From: Acetobacterales bacterium
Lineage (GTDB): Bacteria; Pseudomonadota; Alphaproteobacteria; Acetobacterales; Acetobacteraceae
Assembly (NCBI GenBank): GCA_038323655.1
Contig: JBBQHE010000002.1
Span: 149 to 64,148 of the forward strand
DNA length: 64,000 nt
Reading direction: 5' to 3'
How positions within the stretch are numbered: the stretch's first letter is position 1; the number at the start of each line of letters is the position of its first letter. The position numbers and the translations under genes were made by a program. The notes under the pieces were generated by a model that was given only the letters and a program-made list of their open reading frames with translations, was not told where the DNA came from and did no database searches. Below, piece by piece: positions 8,978 to 18,039 of this stretch.

Positions 8978-9241
8978 TTTGCGCCGGTCTTCGTGCCGTT
9001 GCTGATACAGCCGGAGGCAGTCCTCGCAGCCTATCGCCTGGGTGATTCGCAGATGAATGCGGTCACGCCGCTCAGCGCCTAATTCGCGATGATCGTGACC
9101 TTCGCGGTCACGTATCAAAAGGACGTGGGCGTCGGCACGGTCATTGTGCTGATGCTGCCCTATGTCATCGTGCTCGGCGCGATGTGGACCATTTTCCTCG
9201 CGGGCTGGTATCTGTGGGGCTTGCCGTGGGGCATTGGGTAG
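8978..9241 (+). pseudogene. C-terminal remnant of an AbgT-family (p-aminobenzoyl-glutamate type) transporter with an in-frame stop
   Basis: My own translation gives FAPVFVPLLIQPEAVLAAYRLGDSQMNAVTPLSA*FAMIVTFAVTYQKDVGVGTVIVLMLPYVIVLGAMWTIFLAGWYLWGLPWGIG*. It matches the AbgT C-terminal signature (AYRxGDSxxNxITPLMPYF...LMLPY...GLPLGPG). The TAA at 9080-9082 replaces the conserved Tyr codon, and there is no N-terminal ~400 aa. Confidence 0.6.
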
Positions 9242-9258
9242 CGGCAGCAGCCGGCCAC

Positions 9259-9528
9259 TCAGCGAGAGGACTGGCCGGACTGGAAGCCCTGCTGGTAGGC
9301 GTTCTGCCGCCCGCGGACATTCTGGTCCCACAGGAAGCCACCGGCCGCACCCGCACCGGCGCCGATCAGCGCGCCCATGCCGGCATTGCCGGAAAAGGAG
9401 CCGATGGCGGCCCCGCCCAGCGCGCCCAAGGCGGCACCGCCGCCGACGCGCTGGGTCGTCGGGCTCATTTCGGCACAGCCGCCGAGGGACAGGGCCAGGG
9501 CGGCGGGGATCAGCAAAAGACGTCGCAT
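9259..9528 (-). CDS. Glycine-zipper lipoprotein (17-kDa-antigen / YMGG-like)
   Basis: Lipobox ..LALSLGGC, followed by a Gly-zipper GGGAALGALGGAAIGSFSGNAGMGALIGAGAGAAGG. Confidence 0.7.
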   Translation of the reverse strand: MRRLLLIPAALALSLGGCAEMSPTTQRVGGGAALGALGGAAIGSFSGNAGMGALIGAGAGAAGGFLWDQNVRGRQNAYQQGFQSGQSSR

Positions 9529-9544
9529 CGCGAAATTCTCCCGT

Positions 9545-9973
9545 TCAACGGTTGGCGGGGCGGCGGGCCGCGGGCGGCGCCGGGGGAGGGGTCGGGCAGG
9601 GATAGGCGGCTGCGGCGAAGCGCATCAGGCCATCCACCGCTTTCTCGACCGCATATTGCGGATTGCCCGCGGCCCAGGCGACGAAATCCGCCTGGACCGT
9701 TTCCAGCGTCGGGGTCGGGTTGGGCAGGCAGAAGATCGGCCGCGCCCCGCCAGGCCCCGAGATGCCGGCATGGTATTGCCCAACGCCGATCATGAAGCCG
9801 CGGCAGAAGCCGACCGCGATCGCCGCATTGGGGTCGGTCGTGGGCGTGCTGCACAGGTTGCGCAGCGTGCCGGTCGAAACCGGCTGCACCGCATCGCCCG
9901 GTAAGGGCTGGGCCTGGGCTGCGAATGCCATGGCGCAGAGCGCCAGGCCGGAAAGACTCAAGGGCAAGCGCAT
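9545..9973 (-). CDS. Secreted four-Cys protein, Rap1a/Tai-family immunity-protein-like
   Basis: ATG at 9973 is in frame with the 635-aa track ORF, whose remainder is not protein-like. Signal peptide MRLPLSLSGLALCAMAFAAQA. The pattern LC..(N14)..FCRGFMIGVG..(N17)..FCLP..T..QADFVAWAAGNP..A..AAAAYPC matches the Rap1a/Tai layout as I remember it. Confidence 0.5.
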   Translation of the reverse strand: MRLPLSLSGLALCAMAFAAQAQPLPGDAVQPVSTGTLRNLCSTPTTDPNAAIAVGFCRGFMIGVGQYHAGISGPGGARPIFCLPNPTPTLETVQADFVAWAAGNPQYAVEKAVDGLMRFAAAAYPCPTPPPAPPAARRPANR

Positions 9974-10520
9974 GGTCTCGCTACCTCCTGCTGGGATGGG
10001 GTTGGGCAACAAAGCCGGTCCGGGCGACATGGGCGGTCGGACGCCAGGGCTGGCGGATCGGGGCATGGCGCGGAGTTTCGTTCGTTGTTGCTCTCGAGTG
10101 TCCGCCTGTCGCCTGGCGACGGCAAGAGGCTTGCCCTGGCCCGACCGTGTGCCCTTTCCCGCGGGCTTGCCACGCCGGGCACTTGCCGCCCTGATCGAAG
10201 ACGAAAACCAAGCGAGAGACCAGACCGGTGTCGAATTCGCCTTCGAACGGCGGGCGTTGGCCGAAGCCGAAATTGCCCAAGTGGTTCGCAGCCATGTCCC
10301 TGGGCTGGAGGCGCTGGCCCGGCCCGATGCCGGGCCAACGGCAGGTGGCGGCATGCGGCCGGTGGGGCACCGCAAGCCGCGCATGACCATCAACCCGGGG
10401 CGAATTGGCAGCGTGTCGCAAGCCGGCACGCGCGCCCAGGCCCGCCGCGACGGGTGATCCGAACGACCCGAACAGCGATCGCAGGACCTCTTCGCCTCCC
10501 GCCCCGAAAGACCCTGATCC

Positions 10521-10727
10521 ATGAGCAGCACGACGAGCCTTGAGGAACGGAACCCCTGGGTGCCGATGATCGCCATCGCCCAGGCGGTGATGTCGTTCAA
10601 CGTCGCCTCGCAGCCGGTGCCGCTCAGCGGCCTGGTGGCGAGCTTCGGCGTGCCGCCCACCGCCATCGCGACCGGCATTGTGATGTATTCGCTGTCGGTC
10701 GCGGCCTTTGAGGATGCAGCACCATGA
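10521..10727 (+). pseudogene. N-terminal remnant (TM1-TM2) of an MFS transporter
   Basis: The 68-aa ORF ..PMIAIAQAVMSFNVASQPVPLSGLVASFGVPPTAIATGIVMYSLSVAAF.. resembles the first two helices of drug:H+ antiporter-type MFS proteins. It stops 4 nt inside the asparaginase gene and no continuation exists in any frame. Confidence 0.5.
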
Positions 10728-11707
10728 GCCTGCCGCGCCTGCTGTTCCTGTCGCTCGGCGGCACCATCACCATGATGCCGGCGGCGACAGGTGGCATCAC
10801 ACCCACGCTTGGGGCCGCCGAACTCGTGGCCTCGGTCCCCGCCCTGGCGGGGGTGGCCTCGATCGAGGCGCATTCCCTGCTCCGCCTGCCCAGCCCGTCG
10901 TTGGAACCGATGCACCTGGTCGCCGTGGCGCGCCAGATCGAGGAGGCCTTCGCCACCGGCATCGACGGCGCGGTGGTCATCCAGGGCACCGACACGATCG
11001 AGGAATCGGCCTTCCTGCTGGACCTGCTGGTCCGCGGCGACCGGCCTGTGGTGGTCACCGGCGCGATGAGGGGGGCGGAGGCGCCGGGCGCTGACGGCCC
11101 GGCCAACCTGCTGGCGGCGGCGCAGGTCGCGGCCAGCCCCGCCGCCCACGCCCTCGGCACGCTGGTCGTGCTGAACGACCAGATCCATGCCGCGCGCTTC
11201 GTGCAGAAGGGTCGTACGGCGCTGACCTCGGCGTTCTGTTCGCCCTTGGCGGGGCCGATCGGCCTGGTGGCCGAAAACCGCGTGCGGATGTTTGCCCAGG
11301 TCGCGCGGCTGCCGACGCTTTCGGCCCTGGCCGGCCCGCCGGAACCCGTGGCGCTGGTGTCCTGGCCGATGGGTGAGGACGGGCGTCTGCTCGCGGCCTT
11401 GCCTGGGCTTGGGTACCACGGCGCGGTGATCGCGGGCATGGGGGCGGGGCATGTGCCGGCGGGGGCCGCGGCGGCGGTGGGCGATCTGGCGGCGCAGATG
11501 CCTGTCGTGCTTGCCTCACGCAGCCATACCGGGCCGGTCTTTACCCAGACCTATGGCTATGCTGGAGGCGAGATCGACCTGATCGGCCGCGGCCTGGTGC
11601 CGGCCGGTATCCTGTCGCCGGCCAAGGCGCGGCTGCTGCTGGGGCTGTGTCTGCGACCGGGGGAGGCAGCACTCAGCCCGGCCCAGGCTTTCGCCCCGTA
11701 TCACTAG
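10724..11707 (+). CDS. L-asparaginase (asparaginase/glutaminase family)
   Basis: LFLSLGGTITM (catalytic Thr motif), VVIQGTDTIEESAF (second Thr motif) and the overall 327-aa layout. Confidence 0.85.
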   Translation: MSLPRLLFLSLGGTITMMPAATGGITPTLGAAELVASVPALAGVASIEAHSLLRLPSPSLEPMHLVAVARQIEEAFATGIDGAVVIQGTDTIEESAFLLDLLVRGDRPVVVTGAMRGAEAPGADGPANLLAAAQVAASPAAHALGTLVVLNDQIHAARFVQKGRTALTSAFCSPLAGPIGLVAENRVRMFAQVARLPTLSALAGPPEPVALVSWPMGEDGRLLAALPGLGYHGAVIAGMGAGHVPAGAAAAVGDLAAQMPVVLASRSHTGPVFTQTYGYAGGEIDLIGRGLVPAGILSPAKARLLLGLCLRPGEAALSPAQAFAPYH

Positions 11708-12371
11708 GGGGCTCGTCCATCAGCCGGGCCTTGGCCTGCAGGACGTGGCTTTCGGTCAGACGGGCGGCGGTCGCGGCGTCCCCGGCCTCAAGCGCTGCCA
11801 GGATCGCCTTGTGCTCCTGGTTTGAGCCCGCCATGCGACCGGCCGTGACCAGGGCGCGGCGGCGGAACAGGTGCAACTCGCGCACCAGGCGGCCATAGGC
11901 CTCGGCCAGGCGGCGATTGCCGGCCTGGTCCACGATGCCGCGGTGAAAGGCCAGGTTGGCGGCGTAGTAGGCCTCCAGATCCTGGGCGGCAGCGGCGCTG
12001 TCCATGGCGGTCACATGGTCGTGCAGGGCGGCCACCCCTGCTGCCGTCAGCCTTGGTGCCAGCGTTCGTGCGGCCAGGGCAAAAAGGGCGGCGCGCAGGT
12101 CGTACAGTTCGGCCGCTTCCTCCCGCCCGATGTCCCGCACGAAGGCGCCGCGGTTCACCACGACGCGCAGCAGCCCCGCCTGTTCCAGGCCACGACAGGC
12201 CTCGCGCACCGGGCCACGGCTGACGCCCAGGCGTGTCGCCACCAGCGCCTCATTCACCCAGTCGCCCGGGTTCAGTTCGCCGGCCTCGATCATGCGCTCG
12301 ATCTCCTGGCGGAGGATCGTGGCAAGCGATGTTTCGCGCCGGGCGCGCAAGGCGTCGGGGGTGGTGGCCAT
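11673..12371 (-). CDS. GntR family transcriptional regulator (FCD subfamily)
   Basis: wHTH segment ..WVNEALVATRLGVSRGPVREACRGLEQAGLL.. plus a helical FCD-like domain. ATG at 12371 (MATTPD..) is preferred over the TTG at 12398. Confidence 0.8.
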   Translation of the reverse strand: MATTPDALRARRETSLATILRQEIERMIEAGELNPGDWVNEALVATRLGVSRGPVREACRGLEQAGLLRVVVNRGAFVRDIGREEAAELYDLRAALFALAARTLAPRLTAAGVAALHDHVTAMDSAAAAQDLEAYYAANLAFHRGIVDQAGNRRLAEAYGRLVRELHLFRRRALVTAGRMAGSNQEHKAILAALEAGDAATAARLTESHVLQAKARLMDEPPSDTGRKPGPG

Positions 12372-12397
12372 GGGTCGGGCGTAGTGGCGAAACAGCA

Positions 12398-12418
12398 AAT
12401 CGTCAACGATTGACGATT
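12398..12418. promoter_or_regulatory. Perfect 21-bp palindrome AATCGTCAA-CGA-TTGACGATT, candidate GntR operator overlapping a -35-like TTGACG
   Basis: Read directly: 9-bp arms with a 3-bp spacer in the divergent GntR / dehalogenase intergenic region. The right arm contains TTGACG (12410-12415), followed 17 nt later by TATCCC (12433-12438), upstream of the dehalogenase ATG at 12469. Confidence 0.5.
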
Positions 12419-12468
12419 ATTTCCGGCCAGCCTATCCCGGTGACAGGAAACGCAGAAAGGCAGGGCGC

Positions 12469-13371
12469 ATGCTCGAAGGCTTCAAGAAAACGGTCATCGA
12501 GACCAAGGGTGCCTCGATCGTCACCGCCCATGGCGGCAGCGGCCCGCCGCTCTTGCTGATGCACGGCAACCCCTTCACCCATCTGTCCTGGCACAAGGTG
12601 GCGCCGCGCCTGGCCGAAGAGTTCACGGTCGTCTGCCCCGACCTGCGTGGCTATGGCGACAGTTCCAAGCCTCCCGGCGGGGCGGATCACGCGGCCTATT
12701 CCTTCCGCGCCATGGCCGAGGACAATGTGGAGGTCATGGCGGCCCTGGGCTTCGACCGCTTCCATGCCGCGGGCCACGACCGTGGTGCGCGGGTGCTGCA
12801 CCGCATGTGCCTGGACCATCCGGAGAAGATGCTCAGCGCCGCCTTCCTGGACATGCTGCCGCAGCACCACCTGCTGAACAACGTGACGCGGCAATGGGGG
12901 ACCTTCTCCTGGCACTGGTTCTTCATGATCCAGCCCAGCCCCCTTCCGGAAACCCTGATGGGCGCCGACCCCGAGTTCTTCATTCGCCGCAAATTGTCCA
13001 AGACCGACCAGGGCACGAGCTTCTTCGACCCGGCGGCCTTGGCCGAATATATCCGCTGCATCAAGAACCCAGGCACCATCCATGCGATGTGCGAGGATTA
13101 CCGCGCGACCTTCGGCGTGGACCTTACGATGGATACGGTGGACTTCGATGCCGGGCGGCAGGTCGACTGTCCGGCCTTCATTCTATGGGGCGCCAAGGGA
13201 GGCGTCGGGCGAAACCACGATGCGGCGGCCATCTGGTCGCGCTACGCCAGCAATATCCAGGGCGCGACGTCGGTCCCTTCGGGCCATTACCTGCAAGAGG
13301 AATGCCCGGACGAAACCTATGCCGCCATGCGTGGCTTCTTTGCCGGGCAGGCGGCGCGCGCCGGGGTGTAG
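12469..13371 (+). CDS. Haloacetate (fluoroacetate-type) dehalogenase, alpha/beta hydrolase fold
   Basis: Colinear with fluoroacetate dehalogenases as I recall them: GGSGPPLLLMHGNP, AGHDRGARVLHR (Asp nucleophile plus two Arg), WHWFF (His-Trp), CEDYRA (Tyr), SGHYLQEE (catalytic His). Confidence 0.8.
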   Translation: MLEGFKKTVIETKGASIVTAHGGSGPPLLLMHGNPFTHLSWHKVAPRLAEEFTVVCPDLRGYGDSSKPPGGADHAAYSFRAMAEDNVEVMAALGFDRFHAAGHDRGARVLHRMCLDHPEKMLSAAFLDMLPQHHLLNNVTRQWGTFSWHWFFMIQPSPLPETLMGADPEFFIRRKLSKTDQGTSFFDPAALAEYIRCIKNPGTIHAMCEDYRATFGVDLTMDTVDFDAGRQVDCPAFILWGAKGGVGRNHDAAAIWSRYASNIQGATSVPSGHYLQEECPDETYAAMRGFFAGQAARAGV

Positions 13372-13381
13372 CCCTGCCGGT

Positions 13382-14014
13382 TCAGACGCTCGACGCCAGG
13401 CGGCTTTCCTCGTTCACCGCCCAGACGCGCCAGTCCTGCCCGCGCTTTTCCAGCCGGGTCAGCGACAGGTTGCGAATGGAAAACTGCAGCACCTGGTGCG
13501 CGGTGATGCCGGTCGCATGGGCGATGGCGCCGCGGATGCTGCCGCCATGCGCCACGATCACCACGTCCTGGTCAGGGTGGGCTTCGGCCAGCCGCTCCAT
13601 CAGGGCGCCGACGCGCCGCGTGACATCGGCGAGACTCTCGCCGCCCGGCGGGCGTTCGTCGGCGCCATGCGGCCAGAAGGGATGCGCCGGGTGGAGCATG
13701 CGCCGGGCGGCATCTTCATGTGTCAGCCCCTGCCATTCCCCCAGGGTCTGTTCCCGAAAATGGTCTTCCTGGGTCAGTGGCCGGGGCGGCAGGCCGGCCG
13801 CGAAGATGGCCACCGCCGTGGCATGGGTTCGTGACAGCGGGGAGGTGTACCAACTGGCTTCGGCCGGCAGCCGGTCCGCCAGCCAGCGATAGGCCTCGGC
13901 ATCGGCGGCCAGGGCCAGGCCGCAGAGCGGTACATCCATGTCGCCATACAGGACCAGGCGGGCTGAGGGTTCCACCAGTGCGTGGCGGATCAGGAAGAAG
14001 CGTGTGCCGGTCAT
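13382..14014 (-). CDS. Histidine phosphatase family protein (phosphoglycerate-mutase-like)
   Basis: FLIRHA (RHG-type motif), ..SPLSRTHATA.. and ..VVIVAHGGSIR.. (second His). Confidence 0.8.
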   Translation of the reverse strand: MTGTRFFLIRHALVEPSARLVLYGDMDVPLCGLALAADAEAYRWLADRLPAEASWYTSPLSRTHATAVAIFAAGLPPRPLTQEDHFREQTLGEWQGLTHEDAARRMLHPAHPFWPHGADERPPGGESLADVTRRVGALMERLAEAHPDQDVVIVAHGGSIRGAIAHATGITAHQVLQFSIRNLSLTRLEKRGQDWRVWAVNEESRLASSV

Positions 14015-14084
14015 GCCACGCTGTTACGGCGGTTTGCCTCGCCCGGCCAGCGCATGGCTTGGCGGGCAGCCTTGCCGCCTGCAT

Positions 14085-14837
14085 ATGGCGACCATGACCG
14101 ACGCGATCCTGTGTGAGGCGCTGACCAAGCGCTACGACGACCAAGGCCCGCCTGCGGTCGATGGCCTGACTTTCGCCATGCCACGGGGCGCCATATGGGG
14201 CCTGTTGGGCGGCAATGGCGCGGGCAAGACCACGACCATTTCCATGCTGCTGGGATTGTTGATCCCGTCCTCCGGCCGGGTTTCCGTGCTGGGGCACGAC
14301 ATGGCGACCGATCGCTTCGCCGCGCTCGCCCGGGCAAATTTTTCGTCCCCCTACATCGCCCTGCCGCATCGGCTGACGGTGCGGGAAAACCTGACCGTGT
14401 ATGGGCATCTGTACGGCGTGCCGCAGGTCCGGCGACGCATCGCCGACCTGGTCGAGCGTTTCCAGATGGGGGATTTCATCGACCGTGCCTCGGGCGCGCT
14501 GTCGGCGGGCCAGAAGACTCGCGTGGCCTTGGCCAAGTCGCTGATCAACACGCCCGACCTGCTGCTGCTGGACGAACCGACCGCGAGCCTGGACCCCGAC
14601 ACCGGCGACTGGGTGCGGTCGCTGCTGGAGGCCTATCGTGCCGAAACCGGCGCCGCGATCCTGCTGGCCAGTCACAACATGGCCGAAGTGGAGCGCCTGT
14701 GCGGCCATGTGCTGATGCTGAAGCAGGGGCGGGTGGTGGACAGCGCCAGCCCCGCCGACCTGCTGGCAAAATACGGCCGCGACGATCTGGAGCAGGTGTT
14801 TCTCGACATCGCACGTGACCGCAGGGTCGCCGCGTGA
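14085..14837 (+). CDS. ABC transporter ATP-binding protein (ABC-2/DrrA-like exporter)
   Basis: ATG at 14085 (MATMTDAIL..). Walker A GGNGAGKTT, signature LSAGQKTRV, Walker B LLLLDEPT. Confidence 0.9.
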   Translation: MATMTDAILCEALTKRYDDQGPPAVDGLTFAMPRGAIWGLLGGNGAGKTTTISMLLGLLIPSSGRVSVLGHDMATDRFAALARANFSSPYIALPHRLTVRENLTVYGHLYGVPQVRRRIADLVERFQMGDFIDRASGALSAGQKTRVALAKSLINTPDLLLLDEPTASLDPDTGDWVRSLLEAYRAETGAAILLASHNMAEVERLCGHVLMLKQGRVVDSASPADLLAKYGRDDLEQVFLDIARDRRVAA

Positions 14838-15634
14838 TGCTTTCGGCACGCCGCATCTGGGGGCTGGTGTACCGGCATCTGTCGCTCTACCGGCGGTCCT
14901 GGCCGCGCGTGCTCGAACTGGCCTACTGGCCGACCTTGCAGATGATCGTCTGGGGCTTCGTGACCGCTTACCTTGCGGGTGTGCAGGGCAATCTGGGCTC
15001 GGTCGCGGCGGGGATGCTGTTGGGCGGCGTGCTGCTGTGGGAGGTCGCGCTGCGCAGCCAGATGGGCTTTGCCATATCCTTCCTGGAGGAAATCTGGTCG
15101 CGCAACCTCGGCCACATCTTCGTGAGCCCCCTGCGCCCCTGGGAATTGCTGGCCGGGCTGATGGTGATGAGTGTCGCGCGCATGTTGGTCGGCGTGCTGC
15201 CGGCCGTGGGCCTGGCGTCGCTGCTCTATGGCTTTGGGCTGTTCGCCATGGGACCCGTGGTGATCGCGTTCTTCGTGCTGCTGGTCGCCATGGGCTGGGC
15301 CGTGGCGCTGGGCGTCACCGCGCTGATCCTGCGGTATGGCGCCGGCGCCGAGGCCCTGGCCTGGTCGGTGCTGTTCGGGCTGACGCCCTTCGCCGCCGTG
15401 TTCTACCCCGTTTCGATCCTGCCTGTGGGGATGCGGGAGGTCGCTTGGCTGATCCCTGCCAGCCATGTGTTCGAGGGCATGCGCGCGGCGCTGCTGGAAG
15501 GGCGCATCGCCTGGGGCGAACTGGCCACGGCGGCGATGCTGAATGCGGCGTGGCTGGTGGTCATGGCCGCGGTCTTCATGGGGCAGTTGCAGTCGGCCCG
15601 GCGGCGTGGCGCGCTGCTCGGCATGGGCGAATAA
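14834..15634 (+). CDS. ABC-2 type transporter permease
   Basis: The start overlaps the ATPase stop. The 266-aa polytopic protein (..LSLYRRSWPRVLELAYWPTLQMIVWGF..) is typical of ABC-2 permeases. Confidence 0.85.
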   Translation: MMLSARRIWGLVYRHLSLYRRSWPRVLELAYWPTLQMIVWGFVTAYLAGVQGNLGSVAAGMLLGGVLLWEVALRSQMGFAISFLEEIWSRNLGHIFVSPLRPWELLAGLMVMSVARMLVGVLPAVGLASLLYGFGLFAMGPVVIAFFVLLVAMGWAVALGVTALILRYGAGAEALAWSVLFGLTPFAAVFYPVSILPVGMREVAWLIPASHVFEGMRAALLEGRIAWGELATAAMLNAAWLVVMAAVFMGQLQSARRRGALLGMGE

Positions 15635-15694
15635 CACATGCGATTCACCGGGGCTTAAAGCGCCCGGGCTTATCGTCTGGGCTCGCAACCCAGG

Positions 15695-18025
15695 ATGGCT
15701 TTCATGCGCTTGCTCGACAATCTGGCCGTTGGCCGCAAGCTTGCCCTGTCGGCGAGCGTCACGCTCAGCCTGCTCGGTGGCCTGATCTTCCTGGTGCACG
15801 GGGAGGTGGAACGGCTCGGCACGCAACAGGCGACCCTCGGGCGGGCGGCGGAAACCGTGGATATGGTGGACCGTGCCCGTGCCCGTGCGGCTGCCATTCC
15901 CCTGCTGGCGCGGGACATCGCGGCTGAACAGACCGCCGAGGGCGTCACGCGTCTTGCCGGGGAAATGGGCACGTTGCTGGAACAGACGCGGGCGGCCGTC
16001 GCCTCGGGCGTGGCCGGGCTGGCGGCCGGGCCGATCCGCGAGGGCCTGGCAGGGGCGTTACCGGCGATCGACGCCATCAAGGCCGCGGTGACCGCCGAGA
16101 CGGAGGCGAAGCAGCGCCTGCTCGCCGCCCGCGATGCCCGGCTGTTTCCGCGCGGTTCGGATTACGACCAGGTCTTCGAAGCCGTCTCCAACGGCATGGA
16201 TTTCGAGCTGCGAGAAAGCCCCCTGGCCGATGACGCGCGGCAACGGTTGATGGCGTTCCACTCGGCCGTGAACGACGTTCGCCTGGGCGTACAGCGCTAC
16301 ATGGTCACCGGCGACGCCGAGCAACTGCGCCGTGTTCGGCGGGGTGCAGCGCAGCAGCGGGTGCATCTGCGCGGGCTGATATCGATGCTGACGGAAGCGC
16401 GCCTGGAGCAGGATGTGCAGCGGCTGGCCGCCGCCGCCACCACCATCGCCGAAGCAGCAGAGGCGGTGATCACCTCCGGCCAGGCCATCGTGACCCTCCG
16501 GCAGGAGCAGACCCAGCCCGCATTGCGGCGCTTCGACGATGCGCTGTCGCGCACCGCGCAAGCGACCGACGAGGCGGCCGCGGCGAGCCGCACCACCATG
16601 GCCGAAAGCCTGGACCGCACGGGGGGCACCACGCTGATCATGGGCGGTGCCATCGCGGTGCTGCTGCTGCTGTCCTCCTTCCTCATTGGGCGATCCATCG
16701 GCGCGCCGCTGGCGCGGCTGGCGGCGGCCACGCGGCGCATCGCTGCGGGCGAAACAGCCGGGCCCGTGCCCGATACCGGTCGGGGGGATGAGATTGGCGC
16801 CACGGCCCTGGCCCTGGAAAGCCTTCGCCACACGGCCGCCGACGCCTTCGCCCGCGGGCAGATGCTGGAACAACTGCCGGTGGGCGTCATGATGCTCGAC
16901 CCGCGCGATGGTTTCCGCATCCTGGCGATGAATGCCGAGAGCCTGGGGCTGCTGGCGCGGGTGGAACACCTGCTGCCCTGCCCGGCTGCGGCGCTGAAGG
17001 GCCAGCCGATCGAAGCCGTGCACGCCGAACTGGGCAAGCACCACGCTGCGATGGCCAGCCCCGCCGGGCTGCCCGTGCGCATGCGGCTGTCGCTGGGGGC
17101 CGAGGTGCTGGACCTGTCGATCTCCGCCATCACCGACTCCAAGGGCGGCTATGTCGGGCCGATGCTGGCCTGGACGCTGGCGACCGAGCAGGCCCGCCTG
17201 GCCGACAGCTTTGAGGGCGAGGTCGCACATGTCGTGGAAACCGTGGCGGCTGAGGCCCAGGCGGCACAGTCCGCCGCACGTGGCCTGCGGGAAGCCGCGG
17301 CCAACAGCGGGCGGGAAGCGGGGCTGGTCGCCGAAGCGTCTGGCCGGGCGTTGAGTGACGTGCAGGCCGTCGCCGCTGCCGCCGAGGAAATGGCGGTCAG
17401 TGTCGCGGAGATCACCCGCCAGGTGGGCGATGCTGCGAACATCGCCGGCCAGGCCGTGGCCGAGGTGCGCGCGACCGACGAGACGGTGCGCGGCCTGGCG
17501 GAAAGCGCCGGCAAGATCGGCGATGTTGTGAAACTGATCAGCACCATCGCCGGCCAGACCAACCTGCTGGCGCTGAACGCGACGATCGAGGCGGCCCGCG
17601 CCGGGGACGCCGGCAAGGGCTTCGCCGTGGTCGCCAGCGAGGTCAAGGGCCTCGCCGCCCAGACCGCCCGCGCAACCGAGGAGATCGGCGCCCAGATCGC
17701 CGCGATGCAGCAGGTCACCACCACCGCGGTGACGGCGATCCGCGGCATCGGCACCACCGTCGAGCGCACGAATGAAATCGCTACGGCCATCGCCGCGGCT
17801 GTGGAGCAGCAGGGTGAGGCAACCCGCGACATCGCCCGCAGCGCCGCCCAGCTCGCCGAAGGCACCGCAACAGTCGCGACCCGCATCGAAGGCGTGCGTG
17901 AAGCCGCGGAGGCAACCGGGGGATCGGCCGAGACCCTGCTGACGGCCTCGGATTCGCTGATCGCCTCGGCGGCAACGCTCAAGTCCCGCTCGGCAAGCTT
18001 CCTGGCCGCGGTGCGCGCCGCCTGA
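15695..18025 (+). CDS. Methyl-accepting chemotaxis protein
   Basis: N-terminal TM, a second TM plus a HAMP-like segment, and the conserved signalling hairpin ..[40 protein letters not shown].. Confidence 0.9.
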   Translation: MAFMRLLDNLAVGRKLALSASVTLSLLGGLIFLVHGEVERLGTQQATLGRAAETVDMVDRARARAAAIPLLARDIAAEQTAEGVTRLAGEMGTLLEQTRAAVASGVAGLAAGPIREGLAGALPAIDAIKAAVTAETEAKQRLLAARDARLFPRGSDYDQVFEAVSNGMDFELRESPLADDARQRLMAFHSAVNDVRLGVQRYMVTGDAEQLRRVRRGAAQQRVHLRGLISMLTEARLEQDVQRLAAAATTIAEAAEAVITSGQAIVTLRQEQTQPALRRFDDALSRTAQATDEAAAASRTTMAESLDRTGGTTLIMGGAIAVLLLLSSFLIGRSIGAPLARLAAATRRIAAGETAGPVPDTGRGDEIGATALALESLRHTAADAFARGQMLEQLPVGVMMLDPRDGFRILAMNAESLGLLARVEHLLPCPAAALKGQPIEAVHAELGKHHAAMASPAGLPVRMRLSLGAEVLDLSISAITDSKGGYVGPMLAWTLATEQARLADSFEGEVAHVVETVAAEAQAAQSAARGLREAAANSGREAGLVAEASGRALSDVQAVAAAAEEMAVSVAEITRQVGDAANIAGQAVAEVRATDETVRGLAESAGKIGDVVKLISTIAGQTNLLALNATIEAARAGDAGKGFAVVASEVKGLAAQTARATEEIGAQIAAMQQVTTTAVTAIRGIGTTVERTNEIATAIAAAVEQQGEATRDIARSAAQLAEGTATVATRIEGVREAAEATGGSAETLLTASDSLIASAATLKSRSASFLAAVRAA

Positions 18026-18039
18026 CCGCGCCGGTCAGG
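18021..18039. terminator. Short hairpin spanning both convergent stop codons (CCTGACC-GCGCC-GGTCAGG)
   Basis: A 7-bp stem and 5-nt loop read directly. It contains the MCP TGA (18023-25) and the TCA/TGA of the convergent 509-aa ORF (18035-37). There is no U-tract, so it is weak as an intrinsic terminator. Confidence 0.3.

Noticed and set aside
9974-11452. Upstream 490+ codons of the 635-aa minus-strand ORF
   Set aside because: This part is antisense to the L-asparaginase gene and low-complexity. Only the last 142 codons, starting at ATG 9973 with a signal peptide, look like a real protein.
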